Assembly (NCBI GenBank): GCA_963787205.1
Contig: CAWBCD010000014.1
Location: forward strand, 182,638 to 246,637
DNA: 64,000 nt
DNA from: an uncultured bacterium
GTDB lineage: Bacteria > Bacteroidota > Rhodothermia > Balneolales > DATFMH01
Reading direction: 5' to 3'
The position numbers and the translations under genes were made by a program. The notes beneath the pieces were generated by a model, which had not been told where the DNA came from, made no database searches, and saw only the letters and a program-made list of their open reading frames with translations. How positions within the stretch are numbered: the stretch's first letter is position 1; every line of letters begins with the position of its first letter. Positions 29,693 through 38,122 of the stretch are shown piece after piece.

Positions 29693-29764
29693 ATAATTTA
29701 ACATTGAAGTATACTATTTGTATACTTCCTCCGTTTAATGTATCAACAATAGTTTAACATTGAA
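29693..29764. promoter_or_regulatory. Direct-repeat / inverted-repeat / direct-repeat motif upstream of yceI
   Basis: ATAATTTAACATTGAA (29693-29708) and ATAGTTTAACATTGAA (29749-29764) match at 15 of 16 positions. They flank a perfect 9-bp inverted repeat, GAAGTATAC-n5-GTATACTTC (29706-29728). Confidence 0.35.
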
Positions 29765-29788
29765 TTAAAATTATAAGAGGTATTACTA

Positions 29789-30331
29789 ATGAGTACCGCA
29801 GTAAGCACAGTATGGAAAATTGATCCAGTACATTCGGAGATCGAGTTTAAAGTAAAACATTTAGTCATTTCCACCGTCAAGGGCGAGTTTATGAGATTTG
29901 ATGCAACCGCTGACGTGGAAGGCGACGATTTCGAAGGCGCTGATATCACTTTTGAAGCAGATGTTACGAGTGTGACCACACGTAATGAACAGCGTGATCA
30001 ACATCTTCTTTCAGATGATTTCTTTGCAGCTGACAAGTATCCAAAACTCACTTTTAAATCGACTGAGTTTAAAAAGACCGGTGAGAAGACCTATAAACTG
30101 AAAGGTGATTTGACCATTCGTGAGGTTACAAAATCCATTGAATTGGATGTGGAATATGGTGGAACCGTTCTGGATGCTTATGGAATTACGAAAGCAGGTT
30201 TTGAAGTTACCGGCGCGATTAACCGGAAAGAATTCAGGTTGAAGTGGAACGGGGTTACTGAGGCCGGAAACATCGTGGTTTCCGATATGGTTACACTGCA
30301 GCTAAGCGTGCAGTTTGCTAAACAGTCATAA
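29789..30331 (+). CDS. yceI: YceI-family (polyisoprenoid-binding) protein
   Basis: WKIDPVHSEIEFKVKHLVISTVKGEF, TRNEQRDQHLLSDDFF and GDLTIREVTK match the YceI pattern. Confidence 0.85.
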   Translation: MSTAVSTVWKIDPVHSEIEFKVKHLVISTVKGEFMRFDATADVEGDDFEGADITFEADVTSVTTRNEQRDQHLLSDDFFAADKYPKLTFKSTEFKKTGEKTYKLKGDLTIREVTKSIELDVEYGGTVLDAYGITKAGFEVTGAINRKEFRLKWNGVTEAGNIVVSDMVTLQLSVQFAKQS

Positions 30332-30348
30332 TCCACTATTGACCAGGT

Positions 30349-30383
30349 AAAGGCGGTAACGACAGACGTTTCCGCCTTTTTTT
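30349..30383. terminator. Bidirectional Rho-independent terminator between convergent yceI and the GH2 gene
   Basis: AAAGGCGG(TAACG)...(CGTT)TCCGCCTTT stem followed by T7. An A/T run on the other side serves the minus strand. Confidence 0.7.
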
Positions 30384-30432
30384 GCTATCGAGGAAAGCTT
30401 TAAAATGAGAGTACTCACATTTCCTGCCATAG

Positions 30433-32256
30433 TCATTTCAGTGAATGAATAATGCTTCGATCGAGCGGAGCGGTAATACTGGTATCCATCTTAATGATCT
30501 TACGGTCGTAAGTCATCAGGCCATTGACTTCGATTTCACAATCCGTAAGCTGAGTGTAGACTGCGGCAGAAAGGCCTTTGTTTTTGATCAGTTCCTTTAA
30601 TTTCAGGAGCAAATCCTTGTAAGCCAGTGTCAGGCTGTCACGCGAAGTGAACGCCCGGTATCCCCAATTCTTTTTTCCCTGCCAGGTGTGGCCCTTCAAC
30701 GGCAGGCCAAGTCCCCCAAACTCACCGAGTACGCCAGCTCTGACAGATTCAATTTTTGGGGCACCCGGACCGGGGTACACATGAATGTCGTGCACATTGC
30801 CGACTCCAAAATCATTCCAGCCGCTCGCATCATCCACAAGACGTGAGGCATCGAGTCTCTGTATCAATTTGACCACTCGTTTTGTATCGAACTGACCCCA
30901 ACTCTCATTGAATGGTACCCACATTACAATGCATGGGTGATCATAGAGGTTGTGTATGAGATTAGTGAGCTCATAATCATATTCGTATGAGGACTGGGCA
31001 ACGCGCTTAATTTCTTTTTTCCCTTTTGGGATCGGTTTCAGATCACCGCTGGGCATATCCTGCCAGACTAACAGACCGAGTTTATCACACCAGTAATACC
31101 AACGAGCGGGCTCGACTTTTACGTGCTTACGGGCCATGTTAAAGCCAAGATCTTTCATGATTTCGATATCGTGCTTCATCGCCTCATCTGTAGGAGCGGT
31201 GTAGATTCCACCGGGCCAGAATCCCTGATCGAGTGGACCAAATTCAAACAAGGCTTTATGATTAAGGAACAGTCGCGGAACCCCTTGTTGATCTTTTTCC
31301 ACTGAAATTGATCGCATCCCGAAATAACTGGCAATCTGGTCAACCTTTTTTCCATTATGGATAAGCTCTACTTTCAAATCATAAAGGAATGGTGATGACG
31401 GAGACCACAGTTTTGGATTTTGGATATGCAGGATGACGGGTTGATCAGCAGATCCGGAAACCGTTGTAGTTTCGTGTCCGTTTTCATAAGCAATAGCGCG
31501 AATGGTAAATCCGCTGACAGATTCACCACGTGTGTTCACAACAAGTTTCAGTGTTCCATGATCGATGTCCGGCACCATTAGGAGCTTTTTTATGGATACT
31601 ATTGGGACAGGTTCCAGCCAGACTGTTTGCCAGATGCCTGTTGTTGATGTATACCATATTCCGCTGGGATGCTGAACCTGTTTCCCACGAGGCTGGTAGC
31701 CGGCATCACTAGGGTTCCAAACAGAGATAACCAGCTTTTGTGGCCCATCAGACGTTAGTTGGCTCGTTATATCGAACGTAAACGGATCATATCCACCCTG
31801 ATGGACACCAACCTTTTGACCATTAACCCAAACCGTAGTGCGCCAGTCAACGGCACCAAAGTGTAATAAGATGCGTTTCCTGATCCAGGACTTTTTTATA
31901 GTAAAAGTCCGGTGATACCAGAGCTTTTGCATAGGTCCAACGCTATCCTTAACCCCGGACAAAGCCGACTCGACAGGGTATGGTACGAGAATCCTGCCAG
32001 TCCAATGCGTTGGAGCTGATTGACTTCGTGGTTGAATAGAATAGTTCCAAAGTCCATTGAGATTATCCCACTGATCCCTCCTCATTTGCGGCCGTGGATA
32101 TTCTGGGAGAGCGTTTGTCGGAGATACATCCTTAGCCCAGGGAGTCATAATTGGGTTTGGGGCCGATTTCCATTTGGTTGACTGTGCAAAGGTGAATGCT
32201 GGAATTTGAATAACAATGGTTAAAACGAGCAGGAGAGTGGAATATAGCTTTTCCAT
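30433..32256 (-). CDS. Secreted glycoside hydrolase family 2 protein (beta-galactosidase/beta-glucuronidase-like)
   Basis: Signal peptide. GH2 sugar-binding region NLNGLWNYS...WYHRTF...LLHFGAVDWRTTVWVNGQKVGVHQGGYDPFTFDIT. TIM-barrel NHPCIVMWVPFNES acid/base region. Confidence 0.8.
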   Translation of the reverse strand: MEKLYSTLLLVLTIVIQIPAFTFAQSTKWKSAPNPIMTPWAKDVSPTNALPEYPRPQMRRDQWDNLNGLWNYSIQPRSQSAPTHWTGRILVPYPVESALSGVKDSVGPMQKLWYHRTFTIKKSWIRKRILLHFGAVDWRTTVWVNGQKVGVHQGGYDPFTFDITSQLTSDGPQKLVISVWNPSDAGYQPRGKQVQHPSGIWYTSTTGIWQTVWLEPVPIVSIKKLLMVPDIDHGTLKLVVNTRGESVSGFTIRAIAYENGHETTTVSGSADQPVILHIQNPKLWSPSSPFLYDLKVELIHNGKKVDQIASYFGMRSISVEKDQQGVPRLFLNHKALFEFGPLDQGFWPGGIYTAPTDEAMKHDIEIMKDLGFNMARKHVKVEPARWYYWCDKLGLLVWQDMPSGDLKPIPKGKKEIKRVAQSSYEYDYELTNLIHNLYDHPCIVMWVPFNESWGQFDTKRVVKLIQRLDASRLVDDASGWNDFGVGNVHDIHVYPGPGAPKIESVRAGVLGEFGGLGLPLKGHTWQGKKNWGYRAFTSRDSLTLAYKDLLLKLKELIKNKGLSAAVYTQLTDCEIEVNGLMTYDRKIIKMDTSITAPLDRSIIHSLK

Positions 32257-32342
32257 ATCAATACCCTAATGATCTGTACGGGAATACATTATCATTACGT
32301 TAGCACAAAAAAGAACAAGTATCCACTACTTCATTCGGATAT

Positions 32343-32376
32343 AAAAATGGTCACCACTTTGTGTGATGACCATTTT
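32343..32376 (-). terminator. Rho-independent terminator after xylA
   Basis: Stem AAAATGGTCA(C)CAC / GTG(A)TGACCATTTT. On the minus strand it ends in TTTTTAT. Confidence 0.65.
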
Positions 32377-32409
32377 AAATAACTCAATAACAGAATAACC
32401 AGTAACTAC

Positions 32410-33738
32410 TTAAATATACCGGTTAATCAGGTTTTCCAGGTATTCCTGACGACCACTGATCTGTTTTGGTTCACCATTCTTGACGGCGTACTCGCGCAGG
32501 CCTTCGAAACTGAGCTTTCCTGCTTCATAGTCGGCTCCGGTTCCTGAATCGTATGATGCATAGCGATCTTCAAGCATCTTCGGATATTCGGACTCGTTCA
32601 GAATAGCTTCAGCAGCAATCAACGACCGTGCAAAGGCGTCCATACCACCAATATGCGCATAGAAAAGATCGACTAAGTCTGTGGAGTTGCGTCGAATTTT
32701 TGCATCGAAGTTGACGCCTCCGGTTCCGAAGCCGCCATTTCCAAGAATGACCATCAAAGCCTGAGTCAGTTCAAACAGGTCTACAGGAAACTGGTCGGTA
32801 TCCCATCCGTTTTGGTAATCGCCCCGGTTGGCATCGATGCTTCCGAGTAAGCCGGCATCAACCGCTGTCTGCAGTTCATGTTCGAATGTATGACCGGCCA
32901 GGATTGCGTGATTGACCTCTATGTTAATCTTGAAGTCCTTATCCAGCCCATATTCACGGAGAAAGCCAATGACCGTTGCAACGTCGTAATCGTACTGGTG
33001 TTTAGTCGGCTCCATTGGTTTTGGTTCGATCAGGAACGTTCCTTTAAACCCATTCTTGCGGGCGTAATCTCTGGCCATCCCAAGGAATCTTCCGATATGA
33101 TCGCGTTCACGTTTCATCTGTGTATTGAGCAGGCTCATATAGCCTTCGCGGCCACCCCAGAACACATAGTTGGCACCACCAAGCTCAATGGTGGCATCCA
33201 GGGCATGTTTAACCTGGGCAGCTGCATGGGTGAGCACGTGGAAGTCGGGATTGGTAGCAGCACCGTTCATATACCGTGGATGACCGAACAGGTTGGCCGT
33301 TCCCCAAAGCAGCTTAACACCGGACGCGCTCTGTTTCTGTTTGGCGTAGTCAACCATCGTTTGAATGCGTTTATCCGACTCTTCGATCGTGCCGGCTTCA
33401 TCTACAAGATCATAGTCGTGGAAGCAATAATACGGAACACCAAGTTTGGTGATAAATTCAAAAGCCGCATCCATCTTATCCTTTGCCCGGTCAATTGGAT
33501 CAGATTTTGCATTCCAGGGCAGTCGGCGCGTCCCTACTCCGAATGGATCGCCGTTTACATTGACGAACGAGTGCCAATACGCGACGGCGAAACGAAAAAA
33601 TTCCTTCATGGTGGTGCCGGCCACTTTACGGTTCTCATCGTAAAAGCGGAAAGCCAGAGGATTATCCGAGTCTTTACCCTCAAACGGAATCTTGCCGATT
33701 CCTTTGAAGTATTCAGTATTACCTTTTACAATAGTCAT
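32410..33738 (-). CDS. xylA: Xylose isomerase
   Basis: 442 aa. [35 protein letters not shown] and TFEHEL motifs. Confidence 0.95.
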   Translation of the reverse strand: MTIVKGNTEYFKGIGKIPFEGKDSDNPLAFRFYDENRKVAGTTMKEFFRFAVAYWHSFVNVNGDPFGVGTRRLPWNAKSDPIDRAKDKMDAAFEFITKLGVPYYCFHDYDLVDEAGTIEESDKRIQTMVDYAKQKQSASGVKLLWGTANLFGHPRYMNGAATNPDFHVLTHAAAQVKHALDATIELGGANYVFWGGREGYMSLLNTQMKRERDHIGRFLGMARDYARKNGFKGTFLIEPKPMEPTKHQYDYDVATVIGFLREYGLDKDFKINIEVNHAILAGHTFEHELQTAVDAGLLGSIDANRGDYQNGWDTDQFPVDLFELTQALMVILGNGGFGTGGVNFDAKIRRNSTDLVDLFYAHIGGMDAFARSLIAAEAILNESEYPKMLEDRYASYDSGTGADYEAGKLSFEGLREYAVKNGEPKQISGRQEYLENLINRYI

Positions 33739-33756
33739 GGTTGATAGATCCTTAGT

Positions 33757-35253
33757 CTAATTTTTAGTGATAAGTGTTTTAAGTGACTCTTCCCAGTATT
33801 CATATGCATCCGCATATTGTCGGACAAGGTTTTGATCAGGTTCTATCGTCTGGACTTTCTCCAGACCGGAAAAAGCCTGGTTCCTGTTTTTATAGATGCC
33901 TGCGCCAAGACCTGCGCCAATGGCAGCTCCCTGGGACCCCAGTGTATGATACAATTCAACGACAGCCTGAGTAGTATTGGTAAAAGCATCCTGAAAGATG
34001 GGACTCAGAAACATATTAGTTTTACCAACCCGTATTGTTTCGATGGTGAGTCCCATTTCCTTCATAACCTTCAATCCATAGTTCAGAGCAAAGGCGATGC
34101 CCTCCTGCGCTGCCCGCAGCAGATGCGCCGTATGATGTCGGTTGAAGTTTAGTCCCCTGATGTGACCACCAATATCTTCATTTTGAAGACTGCGCTCCGG
34201 CCCGTTGCCGAACGGCAAAACCACAAGTTTGTCCGATCCGACAGGTGCCTGCGAGGCAAGTTTGTTCATATCATCATAACTGATACCGGATTTATCCAGA
34301 AGCTGATTCTTTATCCAGCTGTTCTGGATACCGGTACCATTTACACAAAGCAATACACCATAACGCGGATGTTCATCGCTATGGTTCACATGAATAAAGG
34401 TGTTAACCCTCGATTTAGTGTCGAAAAGTGGCTTGTCGATGATCCCATAAATAACGCCTGAAGTCCCCGCTGTTGCCGCCGCTTCTCCCGGTTCCAGCAC
34501 ATTCAGGGATAGGGCATTATTGGGTTGATCTCCTGCTCGATAGGCAATTTTTGTTTTGGTTGATAATCCGAGTTCTTCAGCCGCAGAACCACAAACTTGT
34601 CCCTGTATGGAGAAGTTGGGCACCGCTTCCGGAAGGAGCTCTTCTGAAATTCCATAATGACTTAGAAGCGAGCCAGCCAGACCTTTTTTTGTATAATCCC
34701 ACATGATTCCTTCCGAAAGGCCCGATTCTGACGTTTTGACTTCACCGGTCAATTTCATAGCGATGTAATCGCCGGGAAGCATAATTTTGTAAATCTTGTC
34801 GTATACATGAGGCTCATTCTCCTTCACCCACTTCAGCTTCGATGCGGTAAAGTTGCCGGGGGAATTCAGAAAATGCTGTAAGCAATAATCTTCACCAAGT
34901 TCTGAAAGCGCTTGTTCACCTATTGAAACGGCTCTCCCATCACACCAAATGATAGACGGTCGGAGAACTTTCTGATTCTTGTCTACGACAACCAACCCGT
35001 GCATTTGGTAAGAAATACCGATAGCCGCAATTAATTCGGGATCAACGCCCGTTTTCTTGAGGATTCGCCGGGTAACAATAACAACATGTTCCCACCACGT
35101 TTCCGGATCCTGTTCTGCCCACCCGGCATGTGGGGACTGAATAGCCATTTCTTTATCGGGCGACTGGGTAGTTGCCTCAACGTTACCGCTGTCAGCGTCT
35201 ATAAGAGTAGCCTTGATACTGGAGCTACCAATATCATAACCAAGAAGGTACAT
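33757..35253 (-). CDS. xylB: Xylulokinase (FGGY carbohydrate kinase)
   Basis: YLLGYDIGSSSIKA N-terminus, FGGY-type GTSGV and GAAIGAGLGAG regions. Directly upstream of xylA. Confidence 0.85.
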   Translation of the reverse strand: MYLLGYDIGSSSIKATLIDADSGNVEATTQSPDKEMAIQSPHAGWAEQDPETWWEHVVIVTRRILKKTGVDPELIAAIGISYQMHGLVVVDKNQKVLRPSIIWCDGRAVSIGEQALSELGEDYCLQHFLNSPGNFTASKLKWVKENEPHVYDKIYKIMLPGDYIAMKLTGEVKTSESGLSEGIMWDYTKKGLAGSLLSHYGISEELLPEAVPNFSIQGQVCGSAAEELGLSTKTKIAYRAGDQPNNALSLNVLEPGEAAATAGTSGVIYGIIDKPLFDTKSRVNTFIHVNHSDEHPRYGVLLCVNGTGIQNSWIKNQLLDKSGISYDDMNKLASQAPVGSDKLVVLPFGNGPERSLQNEDIGGHIRGLNFNRHHTAHLLRAAQEGIAFALNYGLKVMKEMGLTIETIRVGKTNMFLSPIFQDAFTNTTQAVVELYHTLGSQGAAIGAGLGAGIYKNRNQAFSGLEKVQTIEPDQNLVRQYADAYEYWEESLKTLITKN

Positions 35254-35976
35254 CGCAGAAAAATCTTTGTTTAGGACAGCAAGGATAATCCCGGCTACCC
35301 TAAGAATTTATAACCCATTGAACTGGTCTGAATATTGGCATCGATTTACTTAGTTGCAAGGATAATATGGCCCTGAATACGGCAAATCTGACTGAAAGTA
35401 CTAAAGTTAGTTTCGTAATTTGAATGTCTCGTATTTCTAAATATAAAAGGGTGTTTTTCCAGTCCATGAAGAAGAAATTTATCCTGATCATAACCCGGGT
35501 ATGTGAACCTCACAGACACAACGTAAACAGCGATTCCATGCTTTTGTCCCAAGACCTCCGGGGGATACGGTATTGTAGAATTAACGGTATTCCGTTTGCT
35601 TATTCAGACCTTGGCAAAGAAGAAAAAAAGATAGTAGGTTATTAAGAAATTGAAGCAATATGAATCGTAGCAAAAGAATTGTTTTAAGAAGAAGCATGAT
35701 CAGAAATAAAAAATGACCTGTCTTTTAAAAACTAACTAACTGGCATGGACAAAGTTATTTGATTTATGCAGATAATTATTGGTTTACCAGAAAAAATTCG
35801 GTTAATTCCTGTTGTGGGGTGACGAAAATTTTAGTCAGTTACGATTCGTTAAATGTGGGTGTCTTGGTTTACCCTGAACATTTCGAAGCCGAATTCGTGG
35901 TGCAATGTTATTGTGGAGTCTTTAAAAGATTATGTATACAATAGATTTCCGCAGGGATAAGTTATAACTTGAATAA

Positions 35977-37125
35977 ATGGACAACCCATTAATTAAAAAG
36001 GACTACATTACGACAACTCAGAAGATTACCTTTAATAATAAACAGTCGCGCGAATTTGCTAAAGAGGTCAAGCAGCGCGTTAACGAGTACTTTGAAAGTC
36101 AAGGTATCTCTGAAAACGCAAATGCTGCAATGGTTTGGAAGACCATCATCATACTGGCACTTTACCTGATACCCTACGGTTTAATCATCTCGGGTCTATT
36201 CAATATCTGGATGATGTTCGGATTATGCGTGGTAATGGGAATTGGGATGGCAGGTATTGGCTTTTCCATTGCTCACGATGCATTGCACGGTGCTTATTCT
36301 TCGAAGAGTTGGGTAAACAAGATTCTCGGGTTTTCATTTGATTTCCTGGGCGCCAACGGATACATCTGGAAAATTACACACAATGTCATCCATCACACTT
36401 ACACTAATATTTACGGTAAGGATGAGGATCTGGATGTGGCAGGATTCATCAGGTTGTGCCCCCACGCTCCGTATAAAAAGATTCATCGGATTCAGCCGTA
36501 CCTTGCTTTTTTTGCCTACAGCCTTGCAACCATTTCATGGGTGCTTTTTAAAGATTACTATCAATTTTCCCGGACGAAGCTCGGACCATACATTGGTAAA
36601 AAACACCCTGTTTCCGAGTGGGCGATTCTCATTATAGGTAAAATAGTATACTACGGGTATTTCTTTGTTCTGCCTGCGCTCTTGCTGAATATTGCCTGGT
36701 GGCAGTTGCTGATTGGCTATTTGGTCGTGCACCTCACAGCCGGGCTCATTCTAGGCATTGTGTTCCAGTTGGCACATACCGTCGAGCAGACATCCTTTCC
36801 CGTTGTAAATGAGGAGAACGTCATTGAACAAAGCTGGATGATTCATGAAATGGAGACAACCGCCGACTTTGCCCGTAATAATCGTTTCCTGTCGTGGTAT
36901 ATCGGCGGACTTAATTTCCAGATCGAACATCACTTGTTTCCGCGCGTTTGCAGCATCCATTACCCTCAAATCAGTCCCATTGTGGAAGAGGTAGCAAATA
37001 AATATGGAGTACCCTTTCATTCTCATGAGACTTTCGGAGCTGCGATAAAATCTCACTACCGGACGCTTAAGAAATTTTCTGTTCCTCCGGCGGAAACAGC
37101 ATCGTTGAATCTGGTTAGAACCTGA
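35977..37125 (+). CDS. Membrane fatty-acid desaturase, DesD-like 'front-end' type
   Basis: Three His boxes: HDALH, HNVIHHTYTN and QIEHHLFP (Gln in the first position of box 3). Multiple TM helices. No cytochrome b5 domain. Confidence 0.85.
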   Translation: MDNPLIKKDYITTTQKITFNNKQSREFAKEVKQRVNEYFESQGISENANAAMVWKTIIILALYLIPYGLIISGLFNIWMMFGLCVVMGIGMAGIGFSIAHDALHGAYSSKSWVNKILGFSFDFLGANGYIWKITHNVIHHTYTNIYGKDEDLDVAGFIRLCPHAPYKKIHRIQPYLAFFAYSLATISWVLFKDYYQFSRTKLGPYIGKKHPVSEWAILIIGKIVYYGYFFVLPALLLNIAWWQLLIGYLVVHLTAGLILGIVFQLAHTVEQTSFPVVNEENVIEQSWMIHEMETTADFARNNRFLSWYIGGLNFQIEHHLFPRVCSIHYPQISPIVEEVANKYGVPFHSHETFGAAIKSHYRTLKKFSVPPAETASLNLVRT

Positions 37126-37239
37126 TATGAACAACTGATTCGTCTGTATCACAGGATAAATCTTTGCGGAGTTGATAATTTCTAGTTTAGTTCATCTCTT
37201 TACCAGAGGTTGCCTGAAGGCTATTTAGAGACGTACGTT

Positions 37240-37935
37240 ATGTCTATGAGAGGGAGTGGGTATTATCATATCCCAATGATCGTACTTATAAGTGTGATTT
37301 CATTTCTGATGATTACAGGATGTTCGACACCTCTGCCGTTGAGTGAATCATTAATGTTTCGCCATGCAAAGAACCCACCATCGAATATCCCGAGGAATGC
37401 CGTTGCTATAACCGGGGCCATGAATGCTGAAGGGCCGCTTATACGGCAGTACATTCACAACCACCATGCAGATATAAGAGACAGAGATATTTTGGATCCG
37501 GCCCGCAAAGCAGGCGGACTCTCTGTTTTTCTTCTTAGATCAAAGGATCTGCGTATCAATTTTGCCACCGGATACAAGATACTTGGCTTGAATACGACAT
37601 TTCCCCTGGTGGGCAGAAATTATGTCACTCTGAATGCAGGTGCTCTTTCCGGGGTCGAGGGAATTTTCCAGAGGCCTTTTTTAGATAAGCGATTAAAGCG
37701 GTTCGGGCTTGGGATTGCCGGCGGCATCTATGCTCGTTATGATATGTTTTATCATTGGTCGGGTGGGATAGCCGGACTCCTGGTTCCGGACAGCTTCTCT
37801 TCCTATGGATTCAGGACAGTGATACAACTTGCCGGCGTACCTGATGGACTACTTCACGGCTTCTACAGTATCGGATATGCACCACACCTTAAACACACAC
37901 TCATGTTTATGGGTCTGGCTGTTAGATTGCCTTGA
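37240..37935 (+). CDS. Hypothetical lipoprotein
   Basis: The ATG at 37240 gives MSMRGSGYYHIPMIVLISVISFLMITGCS (lipobox ITGC). The remainder is G/Y-rich and possibly a small beta-barrel. The ORF-track start is the TTG at 37210. Confidence 0.5.
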   Translation: MSMRGSGYYHIPMIVLISVISFLMITGCSTPLPLSESLMFRHAKNPPSNIPRNAVAITGAMNAEGPLIRQYIHNHHADIRDRDILDPARKAGGLSVFLLRSKDLRINFATGYKILGLNTTFPLVGRNYVTLNAGALSGVEGIFQRPFLDKRLKRFGLGIAGGIYARYDMFYHWSGGIAGLLVPDSFSSYGFRTVIQLAGVPDGLLHGFYSIGYAPHLKHTLMFMGLAVRLP

Positions 37936-38122
37936 TCTCTAAACTTAGTTTTTATGGATTAATCCATACGCGGACAATAGCTAAGTTCAGATATTATTAT
38001 CAGACGGCACAAAATCTATCAAAAAAGTTCTGAAAGTCTGGACATTTCCGAATTAATCATTTGTGGCCGGATATCGACCCTTCGTGCAGGATCGATATCG
38101 CAATTAGTCCACGGAATGAAAA

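Noticed and set aside
32878-33744. 288-aa ORF antisense to xylA
   Set aside because: This is a shadow ORF of a highly conserved gene, with no domain features.
35300-35944. Four short ORFs (61-73 aa) in the xylB-desaturase spacer
   Set aside because: They mutually overlap, lie in AT-rich sequence, and have no RBS or domain evidence.
38070-38099. Hairpin GATATCGACC...GGATCGATATC between the lipoprotein gene and glgP
   Set aside because: The stem is bulged and no U-tract follows on either strand. That is not enough to call a terminator.
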